Positions 10,247 through 22,008 are shown, counted from the stretch's first letter. The stretch is DNA of 64,000 nucleotides from Cyanidioschyzon merolae (GCA_000091205.1 AP006498.2); one strand, 5' to 3'. A program made the numbers and translations. The notes: a model not told the origin generated them from the sequence alone.

Positions 10247-12140
10247 GATGCACTAGAAGACCTTGGAGTCGATAGTCACAAAACGTGACTTGATGTTGCA
10301 CAACGGAACGACGTTGAAGCGCGTCCCCCATTAGGAAAGCCTTCCGTTTCTCCGAATCTTCGTTTTTTGTCCCACTAAGCTTCATCTCTGCCTTGCCTTC
10401 GAGTTCTCGATCCAAAAACACGAAATACCTCAATATGAGGAGGTAGTATCTTTCCTTATCTTTTTCAACTCTGATACCTTTTCTGCTGGATTCGCCAGCT
10501 CCAGTACCGTACGATGCTCTTGCATGACCGCACGGATTACAGAAGCTTCATTCGTGCTCTCGTTTGACGCCTTCTTGTCTACAAATTGGATCTCATCTTC
10601 ACGCTTGTGATCTTTCGTGATGCCATTGATTATCGCCCATATTCCTTTGCGAGAGGCACCCGGGTAGAGCGCAAACACGGCGCCTATCATGAAACGTTCG
10701 AGGTTCACGATCATATGTTTCTTCAGGTTCGTGAGGTACTTCATGGCCCCGTAGGTAAACATACCCCAGTATCCCATGTATCGAGTGCCGTTGAAGTGGT
10801 ATTCGGAGTGATTTTCGTGGAAGGCATGCACTAGCTCATTTTCCCTCCGCGCTTCCCCTTTACTAAGCATCAGGTGCCGAAGAATGGTCTTGTCGAAAAA
10901 ATCGCCCGGAACCTCGACTGTTTCCATGTCCGTCACGTCGAGATACATCTCCCTCGACATATGCATTAGCCCTGACGAAGCCTTTATAATACTCATGGAG
11001 TACGACTTAACACGGTTTCTAGTTGCCTCCCGTAACTTCTCCACCCACGCATTCTTGATATGTTTAAGAAGACAGGCTTTCACCACCGTCACGTAGGACT
11101 CTTGTTTTTCGTGCAGCTTCTGACGTGGGCTCTCCCTCTTCTGCGTCTTTGTCTTTTCCTGTTACTCTCCGCCGGGCACTGTTTTTCGTTTTTTTTCTGG
11201 CAGCCGGCGACACCTGCCTTCCAGGATCCTCCACTTGCTTTTCCAGAAATTTCCTTTTTTCGGAAAAGAACGCGCTTTGAACGCTTCTGTTATTAACTGC
11301 GAAAAATCAACCGAATACACTCATTAGAGCGTTGAAACACGACTGAGATGAAGTAATATATTTCGCTACGATTCCAATGCAAATACACGTTTTACGTTAA
11401 AACAACAAGTCAACGAATGGTCAGGATTGCGTTTCCCTTCAACGGCGAGATGCGCGTCGTACCTCATGCCTGCCGGTAATGGAGGTGCGCATCTCGACCG
11501 CACTATATGCAGCAAAGAACAGAGACTAGCTACTGACTAGCAATGAGATGACAATTTCATTCCCACTCTACAGTAAACGTTAAAAGGGCAAATGTTGCCA
11601 GATCGTCGAAAGCTTACCTTCCAGGCGAAAGGTCCAGCGAGCCGGACGAGTCTCCGGGGGTTCGTGCTTCATGGCTTCCCCTTCGCCACCCCAGTGCCAG
11701 GTGCTTTAGTGATATCTGACCAACTCATCCCCGAAGCGGTTTATTCCGGCATTAAGGGTGCTCAGGCAGCGTCTGGGCGTCGCCCGGCTTGCAGTTATCT
11801 CCTAGTATATCGCTTCGCGCTGCCGCAAACCGTATGTCTATCTGTACAAATTGCAGGCTCCCAGAAAGACAATTAGCCCCGATTCCGTATCACGTGTAGT
11901 ATTCCCCGAGCCGACGCCCCCGGTAGTGTGGTAAATATGTTCTGTTTCCGTGATACATCTGAACCATCGGTAGAGGGGCTATTCCGGGTGCTCACGGCCG
12001 GCAAGCGGCGCATGAGAGAACGAATGAAACGACCAGAACGTTCGAAAGCATGTATAAGTAATGGAACTTGGAGGTAGGGTGCAGCATGGCGGACGCTTCC
12101 CCGATTGCCAATTCCCATCTCGCAATCCGGGATCCATAGT
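9500..12140 (-). mobile_element. Fanzor/TnpB-like element, copy A: older, 3'-truncated and degenerate
   Basis: Nucleotide and protein homology to copies B and C. The TnpB-like ORF stops after RuvC-I and lacks the RuvC-II-to-RuvC-III part. Homology to copy B begins near 9510 (aligning to B at about 49230). It then continues to about 11783, with a roughly 220-bp insertion in A, and from 12008 to 12140. The 5' module (about 10960-11783) is about 97-99% identical to copy B, whereas the coding body is about 75-80% identical. Confidence 0.75.
10430..11092 (-). pseudogene. ORF-A homolog of copy A (upstream module of the Fanzor-like gene)
   Basis: The 220-aa ORF has a nearly identical N-terminal 45 aa and about 65-70% identity thereafter to ORF-A of copy B. 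The junction with the downstream nuclease frame carries an A5 run instead of A7. Confidence 0.6.
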
Positions 12141-12242
12141 CCGTGGAAACTTTTTGGCATCGAAATAGGAATCCGGCACGGGTCCAGAGGAGGCGCTTCC
12201 GCGGCACCAGCGCAGCGCAGCTGTCCCTTGGCAGGTACAAGA

Positions 12243-13190
12243 ATGACCGCGTTGTCCTTCTTCATGGAGACGCTGCGGTTAACCACGAAGGCTTTCAAGG
12301 TAGGAGCGCTGCTTGTACCGTCACGGAAGCATATTGCACACAGGAGTGACCTTTTTCGCCCGATTGGAGCGAAAGCTCGGTTTGCGACTCAGACGCACAG
12401 CGAAGCCGCCGGGGACTCTCCCGTCACCAAGGCTGCGTTCCTGGAGCGCTGCACTCTAGACCACGTGCCAACTCGAGGTTTCTCCCTGGAGGCACTGCAA
12501 GCAGCGGCCGAGGATGTCGGACTGTCGCCTGCATGGGTTGCTCGTTTCGATCGAGGCCCTGTGGAGCTCGTCGAATGGTGGCGTGAACACGAACTGCGAA
12601 CCGCGCGGGTCCTGCTCCTTGAAAAGGGTGACTGGCGGCTCGTCGATTCCACAGTAGCGGCGCTTGCTCGTGCTCCGTCAACACAGGTTCCGGAATATGC
12701 ATGGACGCGAGCCCGCCTGCTGTCCTTCCTTCAGACGATCTTTCGTCTCCGTGCGCCGTACAGGCGTTTCTGGCCACAGGCTCTCGCCTTGCAACTGCAA
12801 CCGAACAGCTGGAGTCAAGGGCTCGGGGTTCTCACGAAAGCCGTCGATGAGCTCGCCTGGTTCGCGGGCGATCGCTCTGCGGATATGCAATGGTACTGGC
12901 GGCGTGCTGCTGTTGCGTCGCTACTCCAGACAACGGAGCTTTACTGGATCGCTACCCTGCCAGACACAACGATGCTCGAACAAAATGCAACCTCAGACTC
13001 GTTTCAGGATTCGGAAACCTGGAATTTCGCGCAACGGCAGCTTGCTGATGACTCAGCTTTCATGACTGTCTGGTGGAGGCCAAACCAGAACCTTTCCAGT
13101 CGATCGCAGTCGGAGATTGTGGCGTTGCTTCGGATTTTAGGTCAAGGTGCGTCCGCTTGGGCTCGCGCCTGGTCAAAGGGATTCTCCTAG
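12243..13190 (+). CDS. COQ9: Ubiquinone biosynthesis protein COQ9 (mitochondrial)
   Basis: The ORF track begins at 12105 with a TTG; the first ATG is at about 12243 (MTALSFF...), followed by a presequence-like basic N-terminus. The COQ9-family core is present: GFSLEALQAAAEDVGLSPAWVARFDRGPVELVEWW followed by RLRAPYRRFWPQALALQ, matching the conserved COQ9 WPQAL region. Confidence 0.7.
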   Translation: MTALSFFMETLRLTTKAFKVGALLVPSRKHIAHRSDLFRPIGAKARFATQTHSEAAGDSPVTKAAFLERCTLDHVPTRGFSLEALQAAAEDVGLSPAWVARFDRGPVELVEWWREHELRTARVLLLEKGDWRLVDSTVAALARAPSTQVPEYAWTRARLLSFLQTIFRLRAPYRRFWPQALALQLQPNSWSQGLGVLTKAVDELAWFAGDRSADMQWYWRRAAVASLLQTTELYWIATLPDTTMLEQNATSDSFQDSETWNFAQRQLADDSAFMTVWWRPNQNLSSRSQSEIVALLRILGQGASAWARAWSKGFS

Positions 13191-13217
13191 GCGTCCACGC
13201 ACTTGGAATACGCACCG

Positions 13218-15656
13218 TCATTGGCCGCTCGCTTTGCGGCGGTGATGACGTTCACGCTCATGCCTCGTGTATGGCCGAGGAGTACGCGATTCGCGGCCGC
13301 TGATGTGCATATCCGCCGGCTGCGACGAGCCCGACGATGCTTGTTCGTTTGAACGCATCCGCTCGGTGGCAACGGGCTGCATTTCCGCCAGCGTTTCACT
13401 ACGACCGGATGATGGCGTCCCTGGTGCATGGTGCTGCTGGTGCTGCTGGTGCTGCTGGTGCTGCGTTGCAGCACCCGTTCGCGGTCGCAAATCAAGCGCA
13501 AGTCGCATAGCAGGCAGCGGATCTTGAGCTCCGCCCGCATGCGCGCTGCCGACGCTCTGTTCGGACATCTCCTTCCAATGCTTTGCGATCACCGTGCGAA
13601 TTTCGAGAAAACGATCCGGTACCAGACGCAGAATAGCACAGAGCTCCTTTTCGAGGGGGCTCAAACGTTTTGCGCTCGGCCAGTTATCGACGAACAGGAG
13701 ATTGGGTGTGGGCGACGAATCGCTGCTACCCGACAAGGGCGCTGCACCCCGAGGCTGGGGCGTTTGCTGTCGATGCACGATACTCGACCAGCTCGTAACC
13801 TCGGCAGCGGATTCACTCTGCAATACCCGCATCGCCAAAGCCTGGGTACCGGTTGTTAAAGTTGTCACAGTGGGCGTTCTGCGATCACTGGTCGAGAGGC
13901 CTGATCGATGCTCGGCGTTCGACAGCACAACTGCAGCTCCAGGCGCGGCCTCCTCGGTGCGAATCCGTACCGGTCGACCGCGACGTCTGCGGGGCGCCGC
14001 GCTCTCTGGCACGATCTGGAATGTGTTGCTCACCAGCGCACCTGTTGATTCAGCAGGACGAACCGGCGGCTCTGCCACGTCGACAGGGAATGGCGTTGTG
14101 TGCAACCGCTCCCGCAAAAGACGTTCGCGTTTCCAGTGCTCAAACTCGCTCAAGTCCCGGACGCCAGAGCGCAGCGCCTCCCAGATTTCTGTAACTTCGC
14201 GAGCAAGACACACCTCCGTGACCAAGCGTTGTGCGAACTCGTCGAACTGTAATCCTTGGCCAATGGTAAGGCGTACGAACGGCAAAAGAAGCCTGCCCAC
14301 CCGTCGTTCGAGAGGGGACTTTGCCCGCTCACGAGCACGTGCGGCTGGAAGATCCGTGAAACCGCGCTGCTCAACGACGGTCTTGCGTTTCGACCGCTCG
14401 TCCAACCAGAAAGAATAGATTTCTAAAATGCGCAGCTTAAGTTCTCTCTCCTCCGCCGTATCCTCATCAGTGATATACATGTCAGCAATGAGTAGCTCCG
14501 CGTCGTTCTGGAACGGCTCCACATCGTAATCCTGGCGTTTCGGCATATAGCCCGCTATATCACCTTTTCTCGGGCGACCCGGCGGAGAAATCCGTACCTC
14601 TGGTGTATCGTCCGACAAGCCCTGCGGCCAACTGGCATCGCACGTCACTGTTTCCGGAGAGTCACCCGAAGTTGGCCCTTTCACCATGCCCTGACTGCCG
14701 TCTTGTGACCTGGCATCGTTCGACGCTTTCGGTGTCTGAATTCCATCGCTTTGTGAAGTAGCAGGTGACGACAGCGACGCCGCCGCATGGTCCAATTCGC
14801 CAGTGGCAACGCTGGCTTCTGGAAAACGCGACGCTTTCGAGGTTCTCGAGTTGTCCGCAGCAGTTGTTTTCGCATCACCAGTGACCGGATACGCGTGTAT
14901 TAGGCGAGCCAGCGCTGGGTTCAGGCTGGCTGCCGCAGCAGCAGTGAGCGCAAGCTCCCGCGCGACCGCAGCAGACCGTGCAGTGCCAGGCGGCAGTGAT
15001 GGATGCGGTGCTCGCGTCTCCGAGAGAATCCGCTCTGGATTCGGCAGCGGGGCGGTATCGACCGCGTCCAAGTATACTTCCAAATAATGTTGCTCGCACT
15101 TGATTTTCGACTTGGTTCCAACGTATTCTGCCGCGAGCTGGAAGTTACCGGGGCCATACATCTCGAGACCCTCCAGCAACCGCAGCTCCTCTTCCGCGCT
15201 CCACTCCGTTGAGAACACCGGTCTACTCACGTACTCAACGACACGATACGGATGAGACGCCTCGTGGGGATATACGCTCGCTCCTACCGAGAAGCAGCTG
15301 ATACAGAGATCAAAGTCCGGACACACTGCACATGTGATGCGCGTGCAGTTTGAGATGTCACGTGAACAGTAGTTACAACGGTAACGTGCGCCAAACACTC
15401 GAGGCGCTAGGGAAGGATGCCGCGTGGACACCGCCTCTTGCAGTGGCGAGGACGCCAGAGCTACCACATCGCCAGCCAAGTTTGCGCTTTCTGCCGACCG
15501 CTTCTGTTTCTGAGTCGGAGAGCTCGGACCCCGCAGGTGTTGATTTACAGCTCGCCGCTCAGGCGCTGCGCAGTCATCGCCATTGTTAGCAATATTTTCA
15601 GGCTCGGCTGTGCCAACTCTACTCCGCCGTCGCTTTAGCGGTCGTTCTGAAGGCAT
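13218..15656 (-). CDS. ADA2: Transcriptional adaptor ADA2 (ZZ zinc finger + SANT + SWIRM)
   Basis: ATG start. ZZ finger: YRCNYCSRDISNCTRITCAVCPDFDLCISCFSVGASVYPHEASHPYRVVE. SANT: WSAEEELRLLEGLEMYGPGNFQLAAEYVGTKSKIKCEQHYLEVYL. C-terminal SWIRM-like region: LSPLEKELCAILRLVPDRFLEIRTVIAKHW. A Q/H repeat near the C-terminus comes from the (ggtgctgct)n tract at 13434-13470. Confidence 0.85.
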   Translation of the reverse strand: MPSERPLKRRRSRVGTAEPENIANNGDDCAAPERRAVNQHLRGPSSPTQKQKRSAESANLAGDVVALASSPLQEAVSTRHPSLAPRVFGARYRCNYCSRDISNCTRITCAVCPDFDLCISCFSVGASVYPHEASHPYRVVEYVSRPVFSTEWSAEEELRLLEGLEMYGPGNFQLAAEYVGTKSKIKCEQHYLEVYLDAVDTAPLPNPERILSETRAPHPSLPPGTARSAAVARELALTAAAAASLNPALARLIHAYPVTGDAKTTAADNSRTSKASRFPEASVATGELDHAAASLSSPATSQSDGIQTPKASNDARSQDGSQGMVKGPTSGDSPETVTCDASWPQGLSDDTPEVRISPPGRPRKGDIAGYMPKRQDYDVEPFQNDAELLIADMYITDEDTAEERELKLRILEIYSFWLDERSKRKTVVEQRGFTDLPAARARERAKSPLERRVGRLLLPFVRLTIGQGLQFDEFAQRLVTEVCLAREVTEIWEALRSGVRDLSEFEHWKRERLLRERLHTTPFPVDVAEPPVRPAESTGALVSNTFQIVPESAAPRRRRGRPVRIRTEEAAPGAAVVLSNAEHRSGLSTSDRRTPTVTTLTTGTQALAMRVLQSESAAEVTSWSSIVHRQQTPQPRGAAPLSGSSDSSPTPNLLFVDNWPSAKRLSPLEKELCAILRLVPDRFLEIRTVIAKHWKEMSEQSVGSAHAGGAQDPLPAMRLALDLRPRTGAATQHQQHQQHQQHHAPGTPSSGRSETLAEMQPVATERMRSNEQASSGSSQPADMHISGRESRTPRPYTRHERERHHRRKASGQ

Positions 15657-15662
15657 ATGCTA

Positions 15663-15702
15663 CCATACAACACAACGAACGAACGAACGAACGAAGGAAG
15701 GA
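15663..15702. repeat. Compound microsatellite (ACGA)5(AGGA)4
   Basis: acgaacgaacgaacgaacgaaggaaggaaggaagga, immediately upstream of the ADA2 start. Confidence 0.9.
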
Positions 15703-18401
15703 AGGAAGGATTGCTTAGCAACTGCGGCACGACGTGCGCCCTTGGCGCGTGCTCGGAACAGCGCGTCTGGAAGAGAACTGCACAAATGTGGACGTTGAAT
15801 GGATCGCGCGCTGCAGCGACGAAATCTTTGGCGATGCTGGCGAGTCGCTTTCCGTGCCTGGCGAAGGATCGATGCATAGAAACGGGTATACCTGATGTGC
15901 GAAATGTTCCGGGGGATCGGTGCACAGAAACGAATGCACATGGAAGCCGTTTCCTGTTGCTGGTGCGGGATCCAGGGATATAAACCGATATACCTGGATG
16001 TGCGGGATGCTATCGCTCTGCATCAGTGAGAATCCAGCACCACACGGACGCCCTTGCGTTCGATACGTGCCAGTTCGGGATCTCCCCGGCGAATCGAGGT
16101 TGCATCATTCTTGTGCCTTGAGCGGTGCTGATGCTGCCGCTCTCCTTCTTTGGAGCACCAAACCCGCTATCACTTGCGCTGTGTGAATACGGGGCAGTTT
16201 CACCGCAAGCGCACCCTCGGGGGGTGTCCGTGCGAGGCCCCGCGTGCAGCGTGCGTACGCTGCGAAGTGGATCACGGGGGCACAGCCACGGCAAGAGCAC
16301 TCAAGCGTGAGCGGTTGGTTACTGTCGATGGTGCTAGCACCAGAACGAAACGAGAATTTTTGTCATGCACGACTGTCGAGTCCATGGAAATCACAATCGG
16401 CAAGAGATGAGGTCACTGGTATAGCGTGATGTATTCGCAGCCTGGCAAGAAACGCAAGCAAACTAAAGGAACTGCTTCACGCCTTCGTATCATTAATAAC
16501 TGGAAGACCAGCTTCGAACCCTGGATACTGTGGCTAACATCATAGCAGCTTTCGGCTTGAGACGCATGCGCGGAAGCAAGCTTTTCAACGATCAAGAGTG
16601 TGTTCGCGGAGTTTTCCCTGGAAGAACACTGGATGCACCGCAAATGTCCAGCGTGGACTGCGCTGTCACTCGATCCGCTGTCGTCTGATCCACCCGGTTG
16701 TCGGTGTCAGAGCGGCATCGCTTTCGTGATAACGCTGTGCAGCACATACAATGCCTCCAGTGCGCATATTGTCCAACGACACCGGTATAGCGCATTCGTG
16801 ATGCTGTGTGGCATCCTTGGAACCCGGTTCTGGTAGGGGCCTGGACCTTGGCACCAAGATAGCTACCCGCCCACCTTGCTCTCTCGATACCACGCTGAGC
16901 TACACAAGAGCGTCGTTCAAGGTTTGCACTCGCAAAGAGCGCCAGTGACTCGAGCAGGCCAGACCCACAGACTGCCGGTTTCCAAGCTCGCGTCGCATAT
17001 ATCGCTGAAGATGCGTCAAGGCTCGGTTGCACTGGTGAATACTCGGCCGCCGAGAGCCGCATACACCCAGGCGGCCGGATGCCGGATGACGGATGCCTCG
17101 AACTCGCCGGTCGCGGCTCCGTCAGGGCACATCTGTGAAGCGGAAACCCGTCTGCCGCATTCCAACCCTGTGCGCTGTACGCTCAGTTTAACCCCTGCGC
17201 TTGCAATATGAACCCGCCAAATAGCGGATTCGAGTTCAGGCACGTCGCTTCATATCGTGATGTATCGACGCCCGAGAATCAGCTGTTTGTAGCGCGCTCT
17301 CCATGGAGCATCGCACCGACGCGGTGCATGAACCACTGGAACCAGTTGTTCTCGTAGAGACGCACTCCAGGGTTGGCCCTGCTCAGACGCCAGGTATGGG
17401 CGCTGCATCCGAGGCCGAACATTGGCGTGCGAGTATCGCGTTTGGCCGCTAGCAACCCGTCCGGCATTCCGGGCAGTCCGAGCAAAAAAAAGTTCGAATT
17501 GTCGCGGATCACGAAAGCACTGACACGAGCTACTCGTTAGGACGCAAGCACCAGCAGTCACTGCGTATCAGTTGAGACACGCAACCGGTCATTAGGTGAG
17601 AAGGCAACCGGGTCCAACCTCCATCGGAGCGTGCATCCTCGTTCGCATGTCGAAAGCGTCGCGTTCGAGATGCCACAGCCTCATCGGTCAGAGCATTCAC
17701 GAAGCGTGCATGCACCCGCGAACTTGCGCTGCCGCCTGCGAATGCGCTGTCCAACGCTGCGAAACTGGGGCAGCAGCGACGCCGCGCGCCTTGCGTCAGC
17801 GGCAGCGCTGGGGTCGCTCGGATCCGAGATTCTGCCACTTGGCGGGATGTCACAAACTCGGCGTGACATTCCAAGGGGACAGCACCACCCCGTTTCAACG
17901 GCGTTGCATGCGACCCGTTGATGTCGCGTCCACTGCCGTCGGAATCCCTGTTTGGATGTCTCTTGTGGTCGCAGCGAGTGCATAGTCAGCTCGGGCGCAC
18001 CCCGTAAACCCCAGGTCGAAACGCGTTACATCTGCACACCAGGATGTGCGTCGTATCCTTCGCTGGGCGCGCACACACGGGCCGCACGGGGATGGATGCA
18101 ATGTACGTCTCACGTGCGCTGCACGCATGTGCCGGCGCGAACTGTGCCCCGGTGCTTGGCGCCAAATGGGGTCATGTTTTCCATCCGACGCGATCCATGC
18201 GTTCGAGGGCGCGCAGCAACTGGAGCACGCGTCTCCTGCGCAATTGATCCGTTTCGGCGCGCTCAATGTCCCTGTGGAGAACTAAACACAGCTTGTTTGT
18301 AGAGTTGATTCCAACTTCGTGTGGATATAGCTAGAAAGAAGTAGTTTAACGGTTTTTATTCGATAGTAGTTTGTGGAACCTACGGTCGAACGGCCTCCGG
18401 G

Positions 18402-19367
18402 ATGTCTTGGCACGTTCCCTGTGAACCGTACCGACGGGAACCCAGCTCACGCTCTGTTCGGGTATACCCCATTCAAAAAAACTGCCCTGCAGTGCAGAAC
18501 GTGCAGCGCTGGACGTGTTGGGGTGGCTGGTGGCTACCGACGTCGTTCGCGGGTCCGACGAGTCTGCAACCGCTCTGGGAGCCGTGCCTTGCATATCCGC
18601 TGTCGTGGCGGGGGAGTTTCGCAGTTGCTTGTGGAGCACCGAGCCAGCTCCAGAGCCGAGTTCGTTTGCCGCCGCTGTCCGCATACTTTCCCCCGCACCC
18701 TGATAGGTATATCCCTGATAATACGATTGCGCTCGATCACCAGGAATGCACGACGGACGAGCCGGATGTGCAGTCCGCAACCAGCACCGACACTGTGGTT
18801 CCGCTGGAAACCCTCGAATGGCCACAGACAACCGCTTCGACAGCGGCAACGACGACGGTTACAAAGTCGCCGTTGTGCATCCCAGGGCGGGATGCTACCG
18901 CGGACGACAGCCGCAGCGATGCACATTGCGTTCGTGGACACGACGCGCGCTCTGACGGCCGTCAGTGCTACCACTGTGGTGTTTCCAAGTCACCGAACTG
19001 GTATTTAATGGAGAACGATCGTACGCGAAGGTTGTGCAATGCCTGCGGCAAGTACTGGAAACGCACCGGGGCTCAGAGGCCAGCGCATCTGGTTCAGTGC
19101 AGTCAGCGGATCCCGCGGCGACGTGGGCGTGCACCGACCAGCGTTCGCGAGCGTCAAATTCGGGGCGCTCTGGGAAGTGCCCCGCGAAAACTGCAGGCGA
19201 TGCCGTTCGTGGGATCGCCCCTGACACCGCCATCGACGAGTGAAGGCGATGCCCCGAACGCGCTATCGAAGGTATCCCAGAACACGCACGCAGCACGGCC
19301 TTTGCTTCCGAGTTTTGAGCGCGCTGCAGACCCGTCTAGCCGCGGTGCGAATGATGGTGAAATGTAG
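18402..19367 (+). CDS. GATA-type zinc-finger protein (single C4 GATA finger)
   Basis: CYHCGVSKSPNWYLMENDRTRRLCNACGKYWKRTG matches the C-x2-C-x17-C-x2-C GATA finger with the flanking basic tail. ATG at 18402. The rest of the protein is low-complexity, so the true N-terminus is uncertain. Confidence 0.55.
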   Translation: MSWHVPCEPYRREPSSRSVRVYPIQKNCPAVQNVQRWTCWGGWWLPTSFAGPTSLQPLWEPCLAYPLSWRGSFAVACGAPSQLQSRVRLPPLSAYFPPHPDRYIPDNTIALDHQECTTDEPDVQSATSTDTVVPLETLEWPQTTASTAATTTVTKSPLCIPGRDATADDSRSDAHCVRGHDARSDGRQCYHCGVSKSPNWYLMENDRTRRLCNACGKYWKRTGAQRPAHLVQCSQRIPRRRGRAPTSVRERQIRGALGSAPRKLQAMPFVGSPLTPPSTSEGDAPNALSKVSQNTHAARPLLPSFERAADPSSRGANDGEM

Positions 19368-20847
19368 CAACCGGGGCCTCGCATCGAACGTATCCGGGAG
19401 CGGGGCGGGGGGCCCATCCTCGACATTACCGATGGCAGCGGCCGTCGCCGCGTTTTTTTCGGGGGCGTCACGGATCGCGGGGCGCGATCGTCTTTCCCGC
19501 GGATGCGCCCGGCTGCTCGGCTGCGTCGACAGAGCGCATGCCAGCGTCTCTGTCCTACAAGGAACTGTCCACGGATTTTCAAGGGGAAATGCCAGAAAGG
19601 ATCAGCCCAGCGTGGCAGCGTCCAACAAGATGTCTGCTACTCGCCATCGACTGCTCACTGAAATCTAGCGCGCGTCGTGTGATCAGCAAGTGCGTCATGC
19701 TGCTTGACCACGGGTCAACTTGGATTGCGAATGCGCACTGCTAGCATTGGCGTATGTTTCTTTCAAACGAGCACTGGTCTGGCTGGATGCACCAGCACAG
19801 TCACAATGGGTAATGCGGGGCTCAGCCCTAGCATCCGAAATCTGTATCTGGTCCTTGTCAACGCTTCGGGCTCTTGCGGTGCGTCGCTTGTCCGTAACGC
19901 GTTTATCGTGGATCTGAGCCACCTCGCACGCGATTCGCCCCCGGCACGCAGCGCTCATCGGATGTGTAGCGGCAGCACGCATGCGTCGTGTTCCCGCGAA
20001 TCGCCATTCGAGCGGTGCCCAACAGCGCCGCTATTGAGCCTCGACGCGTGTGTGAGCCTGCGCGCTGCATCCATCACCGCACAGCGGTAAGTCATGCTGC
20101 CTATTCCCGTCGATGGAAAATTTGACAGAGAGTGATCTAGAGTTTGCGTCGGAGAAACTGCCTGCGCCAAGCGCTGGTTCTGAGTGCATCCCTAAATGAC
20201 TGAAGGTATTCTCTGGAGCACGCAATGGATATTTGGCGGCACCGAAGGACGCTGGGATCGATTTTTCAGTGCACCATTGTCGTCGCCATCTTTCAGTCAC
20301 GTGGATTCATCGCAGCCGGCTGGCGCTTACCATACTTTATTTCATAGCATGCGAGCGATGCATCGAACCAGATTCCTCCGGATGCACGGTTGCGATTCGT
20401 AACCGGGGAAGCATCGCCAGCTCCTTCACAGACGCTGCTGCTTTCTATCAATCCCGAGACCAGTTTTCCTCTCAGAAACCGAAGCATAATGCATCCGGTG
20501 ACCTCGATGATACCACGCCTCCAGCGAACGACTGTCGACGACAGCACGGCTGCGGTGCATGCCTGCGAGGATCGCGGCCCCGGGTCGCGGATGTGCACAC
20601 ACGACCTCGACGTGCGCAGCGCCACGGCCGGGAATCGATCCGCGCGCCCGCTGTGCTCGCTGCCTGCGGGCGCCTGTGCAGCCGCGTGCGCCGGTAGAGG
20701 CACCGGCGCGGGTGCCTCTCCAGGCACAGCTCGTCATTGTATCGGCCTTATTGCGGGCATTGGTAGCACCGGGAACGCTCTCCTGCTTCAGCGGCTGCCT
20801 TTGAAGCACTGGGACTCGGCTGCTGGCGCTGACGACGGCCGCGGCTT

Positions 20848-22008
20848 GTGGCGACACCTGTTTCCGCAGAAGCTACAGAAACGGTGTTCGGAGAGCAGCA
20901 CACTCGTATCGACCAGAAGCCTGCGACGTATAGTGCGAAACGCTTCTCGGAACCGTTGCTCATGTTCTCGTCCGGCCGGGCTGCACGCTTTGGCGAAGCT
21001 CCGGCAGGTGCCACCTCGGTGTACGCTTTGGACTTTGATGGAGTCCTCTGCGACTCCGTAGAAGAGCTCAGTCGGTGCGCTTACTACGCTGCGCTGGTGG
21101 CGTTCCCCGCTCAGCTCGAGGCGCCGCGCTGGACCGGACACGATAGCTCTCGGAGCGCGAGCTTCACGGAACGAGGCGAATCCCCGGGAAAGATCGCTAC
21201 AAACCCCGGGCTCGGAGCAGAGGACCCTTCGCCGGCAGCGGCAGCAGCTGAAACAGCGCGGATACCAACAATTTCAGAAAACATCTGGCAGGCCGTCCCG
21301 CCTGCTTGGTTGTTAGATAAAATGCGGAAACTCCGTCCATACATAGAGACTGGCTACGAGAGCATTCTTCTGGTACGGATGCTGATTGAGGAGCGGCTCG
21401 TATCTGAGCGAGCAGAGCGACGCCCTCGTCCGCTGACAGTCGGTGAGATCGCCGCCAACTGGAAGTCTGTACTGCACGACCGGCTCTTACGGGACTGGAA
21501 CATTCAACCCAGTTTCTTAATTGAACTTTTTGGCACTATCCGGGATGCGTGGATCGCTCGAGACAAGTCAACGTGGCTCTCGATGAACCCTATTTACCCA
21601 GGTGTGGCGGACGCGCTGAACATGAGCCAGCAGCCGGTCTATATCGTTACCACCAAACAAGAGCGCTTTGTCAAGCTGATTCTCGAGCATGCCGGTATTC
21701 GTCCAGGCCGTATCCCGCCGGCAAACGTGTATGGCATGGACCGAAAGATGACCAAAATCGCAACAATTAAAGAGATCCTGCGAAAAGAGGAAGAACGGAG
21801 CCAAGATAGCCAACGAAAGGTAGTTGTACACCTCGTAGAGGACCGTCTCGAGACGCTGGAGGCAGCGACGATATCCCTGTTAGGCGCACCCGTCACCTAT
21901 CATCTGGCAACCTGGGGCTACAACGATCCAGCACAACGCGCTCGGGCTGAGAAACACCCGTTCATCGACTTGCTCGATTTACCATCCTTCACCATGAAGA
22001 TGCACTAG
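20848..22008 (+). CDS. HAD-superfamily hydrolase (haloacid dehalogenase-like)
   Basis: HAD motif I: DFDGVLCDS. The downstream IVTTKQERF...VHLVEDRLETL region is consistent with HAD motifs II-IV. The ORF track start is GTG; the first ATG is at about 20962 (MFSSGRAARF...). Confidence 0.65.
   Translation: MATPVSAEATETVFGEQHTRIDQKPATYSAKRFSEPLLMFSSGRAARFGEAPAGATSVYALDFDGVLCDSVEELSRCAYYAALVAFPAQLEAPRWTGHDSSRSASFTERGESPGKIATNPGLGAEDPSPAAAAAETARIPTISENIWQAVPPAWLLDKMRKLRPYIETGYESILLVRMLIEERLVSERAERRPRPLTVGEIAANWKSVLHDRLLRDWNIQPSFLIELFGTIRDAWIARDKSTWLSMNPIYPGVADALNMSQQPVYIVTTKQERFVKLILEHAGIRPGRIPPANVYGMDRKMTKIATIKEILRKEEERSQDSQRKVVVHLVEDRLETLEAATISLLGAPVTYHLATWGYNDPAQRARAEKHPFIDLLDLPSFTMKMH

Noticed and set aside
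16440-16530. tRNA-like T-loop motif gggttcgaagc on the minus strand.
   Set aside because: The flanking sequence does not form an acceptor stem, a D-arm or an anticodon arm. No tRNA, rRNA or snRNA could be supported anywhere in the window by eye.
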